64,000 nucleotides of DNA from contig MHXH01000017.1 in assembly GCA_001824435.1 (NCBI GenBank), positions 335-64,334 of the forward strand. Direction: 5' to 3'. This stretch comes from Parcubacteria group bacterium RIFCSPLOWO2_01_FULL_48_18. Its GTDB lineage: Bacteria > Patescibacteriota > Minisyncoccia > UBA6257 > WO2-01-48-18. Position 1 is the stretch's first letter. Every line of letters starts with the position of its first letter. Positions 29,634 to 39,941 of the stretch are shown here, piece by piece. A program made the position numbers and the translations under genes. The notes beneath the pieces were generated by a model that was given only the letters and a program-made list of their open reading frames with translations, was not told where the DNA came from and did not search any database.

Positions 29634-30704
29634 CTACGCTGCATGCTTGATTTCGATCACATCGCCGTCGCGCACCGCATATTCTTTACCTTCGGTGCGA
29701 ATAAGTCCTCGCTCTCTCGCCTGGCTGAAACCACCGGCATCCATGAGGGTTTTCCAGTTGATTACCTCTGCTTTAATAAAATGCTTGGCAAAGTCTGAAT
29801 GTATTGTTCCGGCAGCGGCCACAGCAGTCGAGCCTTCACAGAGCGTCCACGCCCGTGTTTCATCCTCCCCGGTTGTGAGAAACGTAATCAGATGTAATAT
29901 GTCGTATGCTGTTTTAATGAGTCGATCCAATCTGGATTCTCTGGAAAGACCGAAAGCAACGCGCTCTTCGACTGTCAAACCAGCGGCTTCAAATTCCTCT
30001 TGTACGTCCATACTGATATACGGCCACCCTCGCGTTTGAAATTCGCGAGACGTGCTTTGGGGAATTTCTTTTTCGCGGCCGTTGAGAAGATAGATGCGCG
30101 GCTTCATAGTCAGCAATTGATACCCATTCAGAACGCGGCGCTCTTCCTCGACAAGTCCTTTCTCAAACAATACCTCTCCTTTCTCTAAAAGCTGCAATGC
30201 ATGAGAAAGGATATCGCGTTCCCTCACCGCTTCTTTCTTTCCCCCTTTGATATCCTTTCCTAACCCTTCAATCCGTTTACTGACGGTTTCCACGTCTTTC
30301 AATATCAGTTCCATGTCGAGAATTTCTTTGTCTCGCGAAGGGTCGATGCTCGATTGCGTATTGACGATATTCGGGTCTGAAAAGGCGCGCAACACGTATA
30401 CGATTGCATCCGCTTCCCGGATATTCGCGAGAAATTTATTTCCCAATCCTTCGCCCTGGCTTGCGCCCTTCACCAAACCGGCAATATCCAAAAATTCTAT
30501 GGTGGTACACACTTTCTTGGCCGAGTGCGTCAACTGCGCGAGCACATCCACCCGTTCATCGGGAACCGCAACCACGCCCACGTTCGGATCAATGGTGCAA
30601 AAAGGATAATTCGCCCGGTCAACTTGTTTTTTGGTAATTGCTTGAAACAGCGTCGACTTGCCCACATTGGGCAGACCGACAATGCCGATGGATAATTTGC
30701 TCAT
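29634..30704 (-). CDS. ychF: ribosome-binding ATPase YchF
   Basis: IGIVGLPNVGKSTLF, FCTIDPN, DIAGLVKGAS, C-terminal TGS domain. Confidence 0.9.
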   Translation of the reverse strand: MSKLSIGIVGLPNVGKSTLFQAITKKQVDRANYPFCTIDPNVGVVAVPDERVDVLAQLTHSAKKVCTTIEFLDIAGLVKGASQGEGLGNKFLANIREADAIVYVLRAFSDPNIVNTQSSIDPSRDKEILDMELILKDVETVSKRIEGLGKDIKGGKKEAVRERDILSHALQLLEKGEVLFEKGLVEEERRVLNGYQLLTMKPRIYLLNGREKEIPQSTSREFQTRGWPYISMDVQEEFEAAGLTVEERVAFGLSRESRLDRLIKTAYDILHLITFLTTGEDETRAWTLCEGSTAVAAAGTIHSDFAKHFIKAEVINWKTLMDAGGFSQARERGLIRTEGKEYAVRDGDVIEIKHAA

Positions 30705-30761
30705 GTGAAGAAGTCTAACGAAAAAGGAAAGCGCCCGCAAGCTGCGGACGCATCTACGCTA

Positions 30762-31400
30762 TTACAGATCGACCTGGTCCCAGACGTTTTCGCTCATCAG
30801 TTGTTCCAACACGCTGTCAGCAATGGTCCGGAATGCCAGATCCTCTAAACCGCTATTTCTGACTCCGTGTTCGCGACATCCCGAGGCAAGAATAGCTCCG
30901 CTCGACGAAACGAGCCGATAACTGAGTTGAAGCCGTCTCCCCTGATACCTATGGATCTTAACTTGAGGTTTAGCAAGAGGCTTCGGCTTCGGTTCCCAGG
31001 TCGGAGAACATTCCCACTTATCCAAGCGATCCAGATGGACCCTCTTGCGAGTTTCATAATCTTCTTTCAATTCAAGCCATTCTTCTTCCTCGACCTCAAC
31101 GCCGTCCTGCACAACCAGCGTACCGACAAGCATGACCTGGATGTCTGCAGCAAGCAGGGCAAACGTTCCCTGTTTCAAGAACTCCATACCGAGCTGCTGA
31201 TCGGCGCTTACGACACGCGCTCCGCGGCTGATAAGTTCTGCCTCAAGATAATGCTCAAGGCTGGTCTTTGAACCGTTCGGTTGGCGGACAAACACCGTTG
31301 CCGACACGTTGCGAAGCGGATATTTCTTCAGAAGTTTACGCTCTTCGTTTTCTCTCTGCCGGAATTTGCGCTTCTCGCGCCACTGCGTAAAAAATCCCAT
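30762..31400 (-). CDS. hypothetical protein (212 aa)
   Basis: ORF track only. Confidence 0.4.
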   Translation of the reverse strand: MGFFTQWREKRKFRQRENEERKLLKKYPLRNVSATVFVRQPNGSKTSLEHYLEAELISRGARVVSADQQLGMEFLKQGTFALLAADIQVMLVGTLVVQDGVEVEEEEWLELKEDYETRKRVHLDRLDKWECSPTWEPKPKPLAKPQVKIHRYQGRRLQLSYRLVSSSGAILASGCREHGVRNSGLEDLAFRTIADSVLEQLMSENVWDQVDL

Positions 31401-31579
31401 GTCCCCGTCTCCTTGTTCGTGTCCATGGCGTCACAAGCGCCTTGGCCCACCCGGATTTGGGAGAGCTGGTATTAATATATCAGATTTTTGCGGAAAGGTC
31501 ACGCGCGCGCGCGCACCGTCCGGATACCACCTAAGCTGTTGCATAAAATCTAATATACTTCCACTTACTGCTCCTAAAA

Positions 31580-32815
31580 ATGGATGTTTCCGAACAACGC
31601 CATACCCTGGTACAATTACCATATTCCATGCCGCAAAATTACCAACAGGGGCTAAAAAATAACATATTCGCTTATTATTTCTTTCGAATCTTCAACAAAC
31701 GCGCGTATTTACCCCTTATTCCTGTGTATGCGGTTTCCGTGGCTGGCTTAAGTTTGGCCGAGTTCGGCCTTGTCGCCGCAATCGCCTCGGCTGTTTCGCT
31801 TACCCTCGAAATCCCGAGCGGTTACCTGTCAGACCGAATGGGCCATAAAAAAGCTCTCATGCTCGGTCATTTCATCATGGCGTTATCTCCCCTAGCCTAT
31901 ATCATATGGCCCAATTTTTCGGGAATCCTCTTGGGCGCTGCCGGATATTTCGGGGGCTTTGCATTTCTCTCCGGAACACTCGAGGCGTTTCTTCACGAAA
32001 CGCTTCTGGAGCTCAACCGAGAAGATGAATACAGCAAGATAATGGGACGAACCCAAGCCATCGGACTCTTGGGAAATGTTGTCATCATCTCTCTCATACC
32101 TCTTACGTACTCTATAAATCCCCGAATCCCTTTCTTGTGCGGCGCATTCCTTTTGGGCATCAGTTTTCTGGCAAGCCTTACCCTCACCACTCCCAGAAAA
32201 ACAGCAAAAAGCGTTTCCGAACTCGAGAAAGTCAGTTTTCCCAACCTTCTACGCACGCTCCGTCAAAACAAGCAACAACTCCTTTTTCTCTTGCTGGGCG
32301 TCACGGCGGCGTCCGCTAATAAAATTCCAGACTTTCGGGAAATTTATTTTCAGGAGCTCGGAATTCCAATTCCTTATTTTGGATTTATTCTCGCGCTCGG
32401 CAGCCTACTTGCGGCTTTCGCAAGCTACAATCTCCATAAAATCGAACGGATAAAAGAAAACTGGTATTATGGCCTAAGTTTTACCTTTCTTTTTCTCATT
32501 ACAACGATTTCCGGATTCGTGGAAAATCAATGGCTAGGAATCGGCTTCATGGTTCTTCTCATCATATACGGCCGGAACGAGCTCATGCTCGCCAAAAGCT
32601 ACCTACTTCGAAAATCACCCACGCGAGAACTCAAGGCTACTTATCTTTCTCTCTTGGCTTTTGCCGGAGCGCTAAACGGCATATGGATACCTATTTTATT
32701 GGGATATTTGGCTACCGCATACGGCATACAGCGCGGATATACTTACTTTGGAGAAATAATGTTTTTGGTTACTGGCGTACTTTTTATATTTTTCCTGCGT
32801 TCTCAAAGAAAATGA
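31580..32815 (+). CDS. MFS transporter
   Basis: About 12 TM segments; GYLSDRMGHKK-like MFS motif A. Confidence 0.7.
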   Translation: MDVSEQRHTLVQLPYSMPQNYQQGLKNNIFAYYFFRIFNKRAYLPLIPVYAVSVAGLSLAEFGLVAAIASAVSLTLEIPSGYLSDRMGHKKALMLGHFIMALSPLAYIIWPNFSGILLGAAGYFGGFAFLSGTLEAFLHETLLELNREDEYSKIMGRTQAIGLLGNVVIISLIPLTYSINPRIPFLCGAFLLGISFLASLTLTTPRKTAKSVSELEKVSFPNLLRTLRQNKQQLLFLLLGVTAASANKIPDFREIYFQELGIPIPYFGFILALGSLLAAFASYNLHKIERIKENWYYGLSFTFLFLITTISGFVENQWLGIGFMVLLIIYGRNELMLAKSYLLRKSPTRELKATYLSLLAFAGALNGIWIPILLGYLATAYGIQRGYTYFGEIMFLVTGVLFIFFLRSQRK

Positions 32816-32842
32816 AATTTCTTACTTCCAATTCCGAGGAGT

Positions 32843-33463
32843 TTAAGATAATAGCACCGCTCGAGCCGGGGCGCCGTCGAGGCCGACAAATTTAAGCGGA
32901 AGGCCGATAAAAGTATAATTGCCGGCTGGCACCTTTGCTAAATCCAAGCCTTCAAAAATCACAATCCCCTTGCCGAGGAGCGACGCATGCGGCCGGAAGT
33001 CTTTGCTGCCGCGCTGTTTTATGGAGAGGGCGTCGATGCCAACGAGTATAACGCCTTTTTCTGCGAGATAATCCGCCGCACCGCCGTCAAGATACACATA
33101 ATCATCGTAAAATTTCTCAAAGCCGCGCAGAGAATTTTTTGTTTTGAATAAAATCCGCTCTCCGACTTTCACTCCTCCGTATTTTTCGAAATCTTCTATA
33201 CGCACCGCATCCGCGCAATGCGTCATATCCAACACGCGGCACGGACCGACAAATGTTTCAAGCGGAATCTGATCCACCGGCATCGCGCCAGTATCCACAT
33301 GCCGCGGGGCATCTACGTGCGTACCCGAATGCGACCCGAAATCAATACGAGAGATATTGCTTGAATCTTTGGGCAACTGATGATGGGGCGCAACCAAAAT
33401 ATCGGGATTTCCCGGGTATATTATTGTGCCGTTTCGGAGAGGTAATGAGATGTCGTAAAACAT
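32843..33463 (-). CDS. cyclase family protein (kynurenine/aryl formamidase-like)
   Basis: HSGTHVDAPRH metal-binding motif. Start at MFYDISLP, abutting the upstream stop. Confidence 0.65.
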   Translation of the reverse strand: MFYDISLPLRNGTIIYPGNPDILVAPHHQLPKDSSNISRIDFGSHSGTHVDAPRHVDTGAMPVDQIPLETFVGPCRVLDMTHCADAVRIEDFEKYGGVKVGERILFKTKNSLRGFEKFYDDYVYLDGGAADYLAEKGVILVGIDALSIKQRGSKDFRPHASLLGKGIVIFEGLDLAKVPAGNYTFIGLPLKFVGLDGAPARAVLLS

Positions 33464-33465
33464 AA

Positions 33466-34329
33466 TTATTGTGGCACGAAAAATCGGATGGAACGAACCA
33501 TTGTTTCGACTCCCCTGATAAATTCTTCGAATGAGGTCCTTGCAGCCGCATCCATTACCGAATAACCGGCGTTCACGCTGAATTCCAGCATAATCGGAAA
33601 CCTGTCTTTCGCCTCCTCGATAAACGGATGCAGCACCGCATGGGTTCTCCAAAACATTGTATCGGTTCCGCGATCTACCGTGAAGATCGGCCAATCGCCT
33701 GCGGTTTTTTCAGCAATCCCTGGCACACAATTTTCAATTTCTGCGATGTCGCCTTGACCCTCTATCTGCCATACATTCAACAGCCCATCGTATGTCACTT
33801 TTTCCGAATCCGAGATCCATACTTCGTATTTCTTAAGACGCAAATCAAATGCCTTTAACAAGGTTCCACTTGCATACAGCGGCGAGATGACACGAAATAC
33901 TTCTTTGCCCGGCTCTTCCTGCTCAACTTCGCGATCGATTTGAATTCCAGACGGCCGCATCAACTCAAAACCGGAGACGTAATTCCTGTGCGGCCGCCAA
34001 TCTGTTTTTTCTATCGGCAACCCCAATGCAACGCGCTCAAAACAATACCGCTTGTCATCATCCGGCTTCATCTCGGATTCTGCCTTTGCGGCCTCCTCTT
34101 TTGCTGCTGCCGGAGAAACGGAATGCAGTCCTGTATCCCGTGGAGGCGACAAAACAACTACGCTCGTTGAAGCTTGCAATGCAAATTCCTCAAGAGAGTC
34201 ATCCCCGCCCCGCGTTTCTTGCGTTACCGGCGCGACCGTCTCTTGCCGAAACATAAAAATAACGCCTCCTGCCAGCGCCCCTACGCACAGCACCGCAATG
34301 AACAAAACGTATTTCTTGTTCACAAACAT
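33466..34329 (-). CDS. hypothetical membrane-anchored protein (287 aa)
   Basis: N-terminal TM helix; ORF track. Confidence 0.45.
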   Translation of the reverse strand: MFVNKKYVLFIAVLCVGALAGGVIFMFRQETVAPVTQETRGGDDSLEEFALQASTSVVVLSPPRDTGLHSVSPAAAKEEAAKAESEMKPDDDKRYCFERVALGLPIEKTDWRPHRNYVSGFELMRPSGIQIDREVEQEEPGKEVFRVISPLYASGTLLKAFDLRLKKYEVWISDSEKVTYDGLLNVWQIEGQGDIAEIENCVPGIAEKTAGDWPIFTVDRGTDTMFWRTHAVLHPFIEEAKDRFPIMLEFSVNAGYSVMDAAARTSFEEFIRGVETMVRSIRFFVPQ

Positions 34330-34605
34330 ATACGAGTTACGCAGTTAAACATATATTGTTGGGTCGAGGCTTGCCTGCCGGCAGGCAAGCATGTTTTTTG
34401 ATCTTTTCTAACAAAGAAATTATTGTCCTGTGAGCGTTATAGCGGAGGAGTGGTCACAAATAAAGGAGGCGAGTAGCGAGCACAGCCTGTTCGAGTCCCG
34501 AGTCCCGACGAAGGAGGGACGAGGTCGAGTTCTGCGCGCAGCGCAGCGAGCCGACTATTATTTGTCCACTCCGAAGCGTCAAGCGAACAGGATAATAATT
34601 TCGAA

Positions 34606-35493
34606 TCACTTTACCGCATGTCCGCCAAACATATTTCTGAGCGCCGAGAGAACTTTTCCGGTATACGTCGGTTTATCATTCGATTGGACGCGAAATTGAA
34701 ATGCGCCTTCGATAATCGGCACGGGCACGCCCAGTTCATTCGCGATTTTAACGGTCCACTCTCCTTCACCGGTGTGGCCGACGGCCCCTGAAATAGATTC
34801 CAATTCAATGCCGTACTTTTCATAGGCACCTTCTAGCCAGCCAACGAGCCGCGATTCTATGACGCTCCGATGATTATACAAATCCGCAACTTTTTTCAAA
34901 TCCAATTGAAAATCGGATTTTTTCAACAGCCCAAATCCTTCGGCTAATGCCTGCATCATGCCATACTCGATGCCGTTGTGCGCCATTTTCACGAAATGAC
35001 CGGCTCCTGCTTTCCCCACATATGCATACGCGTTCTCCGCGGCAATATCTTTAAACAGGGATTCAAATTTTTTAAATGTTTCCTCCTTTCCGCCAACCAT
35101 CACGCACGCGCCGGTGCGCGCACCCGATGGCCCGCCACTCACTCCTACGTCCAAAAAATCAATCCCCTTCTTTTCCAATTCTCTGGCACGACGAACAGAA
35201 TCTTTATAAAACGAATTTCCCCCATCGATAATCGCGTCATTAGCTTGCAGGTGCGGGGACAATTCATTCAATACTTCGTCCACTACTGCATGCGGCACCA
35301 TGAGCCAGATGAGGCGGGGCGCGGTCAATTGAGCAGCCATGCCTACAAGCGAAAATGACGCGCTGGCGCCGAATCGAACCGCTTCCTGTGTCAATTCGGG
35401 AGACCGATCGTATACAGAAATTTCATAGCCGCGTCCACGCAACCGCTCCACCATATTCAATCCCATTTTCCCAAGTCCTATATATCCGAGTCG
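34606..35493 (-). CDS. gnd: 6-phosphogluconate dehydrogenase (decarboxylating), short NAD-binding form
   Basis: MRLGYIGLGKMGLNM, GDAIIDGGNS, GVSGG. ORF-track N-terminal extension is repeat-derived. Confidence 0.85.
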   Translation of the reverse strand, partial: RLGYIGLGKMGLNMVERLRGRGYEISVYDRSPELTQEAVRFGASASFSLVGMAAQLTAPRLIWLMVPHAVVDEVLNELSPHLQANDAIIDGGNSFYKDSVRRARELEKKGIDFLDVGVSGGPSGARTGACVMVGGKEETFKKFESLFKDIAAENAYAYVGKAGAGHFVKMAHNGIEYGMMQALAEGFGLLKKSDFQLDLKKVADLYNHRSVIESRLVGWLEGAYEKYGIELESISGAVGHTGEGEWTVKIANELGVPVPIIEGAFQFRVQSNDKPTYTGKVLSALRNMFGGHAVK

Positions 35494-35593
35494 CATGATT
35501 GGAATATAGAATTTAGAATCTAGAATTTGGAATACCAGCTTCCATGTTCTCAACTTCGGTAAATCCCAGATTCCAGATTCTAAATTCTAGATT
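35494..35593. repeat. Inverted heptamer arrays (tagaat x4 ... cagatt/ctagatt x5) between the zwf stop and the gnd start
   Basis: atagaat|ttagaat|ctagaat|ttggaat ... cccagat|tccagat|tctaaat|tctagat|tctaaac. Confidence 0.65.
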
Positions 35594-37030
35594 CTAAACA
35601 ATAGGTCCTGCGCTTCCCGGCTCATACACCAGAAGCGGCACTTCATTATTTTTCCACCCATCAAGGACGCTGTCAATGAATTTCCAACTTGCCATCACCT
35701 CTTCCGTGCTCGCAAATAACGTCTGATCTCCAGAGATACAATCAAGCAGAATTTTCTCGTATGCATCTACGAGTTCGCCGTTTTTCTCGATGCCAGAATA
35801 GTTGAGCGCCAGGGGGCGCTCTTCAAGTTCCATGGCGACGCCCGGGCGCTTTGTCCAAAACGATACCGCAACCTCCTGATTAGGCTGAAGCTGGAAATAC
35901 AACACATTCTGCACGTGGCGGTCCGGCGGACACAAACAAGGATCGACATGTTTGAACGTAACAAATGTCTCTACTACGGATCGATTGAGCCGCTTGCCGC
36001 TTTCAAGATTAAAAGGAACTCCTTCCCAACGAGGATTATCAATAAAAGCTGCCAAGCGAAAATATGTTTCTGTCTTCGAGTCTGGTGACACGCCACCCTC
36101 TTGGCGATAACCGATATATTGCGCCCTTCGCGTATCTCTTTTAAGCTGATCGCGCGAAACAGGTCGAAGCGCATACAGTGCGGCTGCCCGCGCTTTTCTG
36201 ATCTCGCTTGCGACAAATACGGCAGGCCGCTCCATGGCAATGAGAGCGAGCATTTGCAGCATATGATTTTGGCCCACGTCACGAAGCGTTCCGACACGAT
36301 CGTAAAATGCTCCTCTTTCTTCGACTCCGGCTTCTTCAAGCATTTTGATTTCAACCTTTTCGATGGCGCGCCCGTCCCACGAAGATTCAAAAATAGAATT
36401 TGAAAATCTCAATGCCAGGATATTTTGCACCGATTCCTTGGCCAAGTAATGATCGATGCGAAAAACTTGTTCCTCCTTGAACAATTTCCCGAGCATGGCG
36501 TCGAGCCGTTCTGCGGTTTTCAAATCGCTGCCGAACGGTTTTTCCACCAACACGCGAGTCCATCCGGTCTCATCGCTGCACGGCTTCGTTAAACCGGAAT
36601 TCGCCAGATGAGTAAAAATCTCCTCATAGAATTGCGGCGGGACGGCAAGATAAAATAATTTGTTTGAACACATTCCCCATGCTTCGTCTATCGACTCAAG
36701 GTTTCTCGCAAGCGCCGCATAACTGTTCGAATCGGAAAAATTACCTCGTTGATATCTCCACAACTCGGCAAAAGATTCAAAGTCCTTTTTTACGATCCCC
36801 GCCATCCCACCCGAAAAATTTACGGCCATGGAGCGAAAACCATTATCGCCCAGATCCTTCCGCGCAAAGCCGACAATCGCGCATTTATCGGGAAGCCAAC
36901 CGCGATTCCATAAATGAAACAATGCCGGAGTCAATTTTTTCTTCATGAGATCTCCGGTAGCGCCGAATATGGTAAGAACGGTTGGGGCGTTAAAATTTTT
37001 CTTATGGGGCATGTTCATATTATAATTCAT
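35594..37030 (-). CDS. zwf: glucose-6-phosphate 1-dehydrogenase
   Basis: IFGATGDL, RIDHYLAKE, EKPFG. Confidence 0.9.
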   Translation of the reverse strand: MNYNMNMPHKKNFNAPTVLTIFGATGDLMKKKLTPALFHLWNRGWLPDKCAIVGFARKDLGDNGFRSMAVNFSGGMAGIVKKDFESFAELWRYQRGNFSDSNSYAALARNLESIDEAWGMCSNKLFYLAVPPQFYEEIFTHLANSGLTKPCSDETGWTRVLVEKPFGSDLKTAERLDAMLGKLFKEEQVFRIDHYLAKESVQNILALRFSNSIFESSWDGRAIEKVEIKMLEEAGVEERGAFYDRVGTLRDVGQNHMLQMLALIAMERPAVFVASEIRKARAAALYALRPVSRDQLKRDTRRAQYIGYRQEGGVSPDSKTETYFRLAAFIDNPRWEGVPFNLESGKRLNRSVVETFVTFKHVDPCLCPPDRHVQNVLYFQLQPNQEVAVSFWTKRPGVAMELEERPLALNYSGIEKNGELVDAYEKILLDCISGDQTLFASTEEVMASWKFIDSVLDGWKNNEVPLLVYEPGSAGPIV

Positions 37031-37063
37031 TCTAACAAAAAGATTGCGAAGGTCCTACAAAAA

Positions 37064-37099
37064 CTACATACTATCATACACTGTAGTATGATAGTGTAG
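37064..37099. promoter_or_regulatory. 34-bp palindromic operator-like motif, copy 3, upstream of zwf-gnd
   Basis: ctacatactatcatacactgtagtatgatagtgtag. Reverse complement equals copy 2 apart from a 3-nt indel. Confidence 0.5.
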
Positions 37100-37168
37100 C
37101 CGAATAATCTTCGTATGGATACACAGAGGATAGGCGGAGATGTGTAATACACAAACAGAAATTGAATA

Positions 37169-37200
37169 GAGCCCGGTGCCTATAGAAGCACACCGGGCTC
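37169..37200 (-). terminator. Hairpin terminator downstream of the island gene 37245..38498
   Basis: gagcccggtg-cctatagaag-caccgggctc, then a U-rich run on the minus strand. Confidence 0.5.
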
Positions 37201-37244
37201 ACTCGTTGGGAGAGGATCAACTGCCTCCTTCCCGAGAAAGACGT

Positions 37245-38498
37245 TTACTCCCCGTCCCTCTCACCTTCATCGGCGTCACCGGCAGCCTGACCGGCAGTCG
37301 ACGGCTGCTCTTCCTCGCGCTGGGAGCGCTTGGAAACGTCGTCTACCACCTTGTTCAGGAATGCCTGGGCGGCCTTCACCTTCAGATCCCGGCCGTCCTC
37401 CTCCACCTCATCGAGAAGAGCGAGCTTTTTGAAGCCGCCCTCCCCGCTGTGGGTGAACCGCCGGGGCTTTCTGTCCTTGCCGCAAAGGCCAAGGAAGAAA
37501 ACCGTTCCGTCGAGTGGATGACGTTCGGGCACGTACACCTTCAGCACGAACCCGCCGCCTTCAGAAGCCTCCTGCTCGAGGAAGACAGGGCCGGACACCG
37601 GCTGCCGACCCGGAACGTCCCACTCGGAAACGTAGCCCTCGGCAAGGCCAATGGCTCCGCTCCGGATGCCCTCGACCGTGACGCCCGCAGTCAGCTTCTT
37701 GCGAAGCTGCTCGATCGAACGGTAACGCTGATTGCGCGCTCGGGCCTTGAGTACCGTGAGCCCATTGAACTGCGCGTAAAACAGCGTAGCCAGCGCAGCC
37801 TTCTGCGGCTCGGCCTTGGCATCGAACCAACGCACGAGGAAGTAGTCGGTCCGGCCGCTCGCGGGGTTATACAACCCCCACGCGTACTTGCCGTCCCGGC
37901 CGTTCAGGCGCTTGTCGGCCTTGATGGCCTCGAGACGCCTGTCGTTGTGCTGTCTCGCCTCCTCCTTGCTGATCCGTTCGGCGAGATCAAGCTCGTCTGA
38001 GCCCCCGGCACCCAGATCGTAGATGCTCTGAGCGTCCCGGATCCCTGCCTCGAACGTAGCCTGGATATCGACCAGGAGCATGAAGGCAGGGGAAACCATC
38101 TTTTCCACGGCCTTCAACTGGCCAATGGCCTCATCGCGATCTCTCTCGGCCTCTGAGATTTCCTGCTGCAGCTTCCCGATTTCTACGGTGGTTTCCGCAG
38201 TTCTCAGGAGACGATTGAGCGTCTCGAGCTCTTGCACAGTCTGGTGGAGGTATTTCGTCCACCCAACCGTGCCCAGGAAAAGCTGGTACAGCTCATCGGC
38301 CGTCCCTGCGTTGTTCGGGTCGATGCCGAACGCAAGCGCGAGATTGCGCTTGTTTCCGGCAATCTCCTCGGTCTTCTCGCGAGCTGCAGAAGCCTGCTCC
38401 CGAACTTGCTCCGAGAGCTTGCGGATCGACTCCCTACGAGCCTTTCTGGCAGCTTCCAGCTGTTCGGGGCTCGCGTTTGAAGCAATCTGCGTACTCAT
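37245..38498 (-). CDS. hypothetical protein A (417 aa; N-terminal coiled coil, C-terminal globular domain), GC-rich island
   Basis: Start at MSTQIAS. GC content and codon usage differ from the flanks. No family recognised. Confidence 0.5.
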   Translation of the reverse strand: MSTQIASNASPEQLEAARKARRESIRKLSEQVREQASAAREKTEEIAGNKRNLALAFGIDPNNAGTADELYQLFLGTVGWTKYLHQTVQELETLNRLLRTAETTVEIGKLQQEISEAERDRDEAIGQLKAVEKMVSPAFMLLVDIQATFEAGIRDAQSIYDLGAGGSDELDLAERISKEEARQHNDRRLEAIKADKRLNGRDGKYAWGLYNPASGRTDYFLVRWFDAKAEPQKAALATLFYAQFNGLTVLKARARNQRYRSIEQLRKKLTAGVTVEGIRSGAIGLAEGYVSEWDVPGRQPVSGPVFLEQEASEGGGFVLKVYVPERHPLDGTVFFLGLCGKDRKPRRFTHSGEGGFKKLALLDEVEEDGRDLKVKAAQAFLNKVVDDVSKRSQREEEQPSTAGQAAGDADEGERDGE

Positions 38499-38785
38499 AC
38501 TCTTCCTCCTGGCTAAAGATGATGGATGTGAAACAGTGAACGCTCTCCCGACACAATTATGGATGGTTGGTACGAGAGAGTGTGCTGACTCGGAATCCGG
38601 AATATTCTTATCCTCGCTCAGACAAGAATATTCCTCCCATAATAAGGAAAGGAGGCAGTACACTCCCTCGTACACTTAATTCTCAATGAACACCTCTATT
38701 ATACACCCGAACCGCTAAAAAGTCAAGAGCCCCGCAGCCGAAGCCGGGGCTCTGAATATACTTAAAGATTGCCGTGAAAAAGAAC

Positions 38786-39763
38786 TTATGCGCGCGGGAG
38801 CACCTGGATCATGCGCTTAAAACTCATACGCACACCGAGGTTATCCTTGGCGCGAAGAATGGAATTCTGCACCTGATTGCGCAGTTTGTTGGTGAAGGCA
38901 TTCCATCGCCCATAGGCGTTGTTGATTACATAGCCCGGGGCGTGACGCTCCTCTCCGATGCGCTGGTCGATGGACTCAGCGATCGTGATGAACCGTCGAA
39001 GAATCTCGAACTCTTCATCGGTAGCGAGATCAGACCTAATCATCTCCGAGGCGAGAGCCTTACTCATCTCACTGACGACATCCACGATACCCGCGAGGGT
39101 TTCGGGAACATCGAGACCAAGCTCGCGCATCGTCGGAAGCCTCGGCATCTCCGCAACTTCACCGAGAACCACCGGCCAGATGGACCGGAACAGCATCGCC
39201 TCAACATACTCCTGTCCAACGTCCTTTTCGAACTGAGAAGAGTCCATGTCTGGAAGCGCGCCACGTCGCCCTTCGGGAAGATGATCATGAAGTTCCAGAG
39301 GAATCTCCTGGCGTTCGAACTCAAGACGAAGAAGAGTGAAATCTTCGGCGAGCCGATCGGACTCGACGTAATCCCCGCGCATCACGGCCTCAATGATCCC
39401 CTTGGAGAGATCGCTCGACGCGTTACGCGTTCCATGGCCTACGACACCGTACAGCCTCCTGCGGGCCTCAAGGATCTCGCTGACACCACGAAGCATCTCG
39501 TCGAAACGACGATACGTGCCGAAGTCTTTTTCAGGATCAGGAATCGGGAGCTTCACCGTGGGAGGGTTGTACCTCTTGGTGGACGAATGTCCTACCTGCA
39601 TGGAATGACCCCCGGGTCCGCTGTTGCGACCGGAAGGCGCCACAGGCTCAAAAGCAACCGGATCAGGCGTCGAAACAGGATCAGGACTCACGGGAGGACG
39701 ACAACTTTTCGAGCCGGAACGTCCCCACTTGCCAATGCCACGGCGATCAGAATCAGACATTGT
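38786..39763 (-). CDS. hypothetical protein B (326 aa; Pro-rich disordered N-terminus, helical C-terminus), GC-rich island
   Basis: Start at MSDSDRRG. Weak resemblance to Abi-like/HEPN regions (SIWPVVLGEV; LRNQVQNSILRAKDN), not convincing. Confidence 0.45.
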   Translation of the reverse strand, partial: TMSDSDRRGIGKWGRSGSKSCRPPVSPDPVSTPDPVAFEPVAPSGRNSGPGGHSMQVGHSSTKRYNPPTVKLPIPDPEKDFGTYRRFDEMLRGVSEILEARRRLYGVVGHGTRNASSDLSKGIIEAVMRGDYVESDRLAEDFTLLRLEFERQEIPLELHDHLPEGRRGALPDMDSSQFEKDVGQEYVEAMLFRSIWPVVLGEVAEMPRLPTMRELGLDVPETLAGIVDVVSEMSKALASEMIRSDLATDEEFEILRRFITIAESIDQRIGEERHAPGYVINNAYGRWNAFTNKLRNQVQNSILRAKDNLGVRMSFKRMIQVLPRA

Positions 39764-39941
39764 AATGCTCCTTCCTTGGGATTTCTCCCGTTGAGTTGTG
39801 GGGTGCTGGGAATAAGCTCGAAAGAGCTTATGGCTTGCCACTGCTTATTACAATGACAACCCTTAAACTCTCATTACGTGTCGAAGTTTTTAAAAAATCC
39901 GGGGGAGGGGCGAAGCAGGTGCTTAGCCCCTCCCGTATCAA

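Noticed and set aside
34606-35553. N-terminal extensions of gnd (MRTWKLVFQILDS...) and of aspS (MSRPLILGIISINNHFQIPDSSS...)
   Set aside because: Extensions are read-through of heptamer arrays (FQI motif). Conserved protein N-termini begin at the internal Met.
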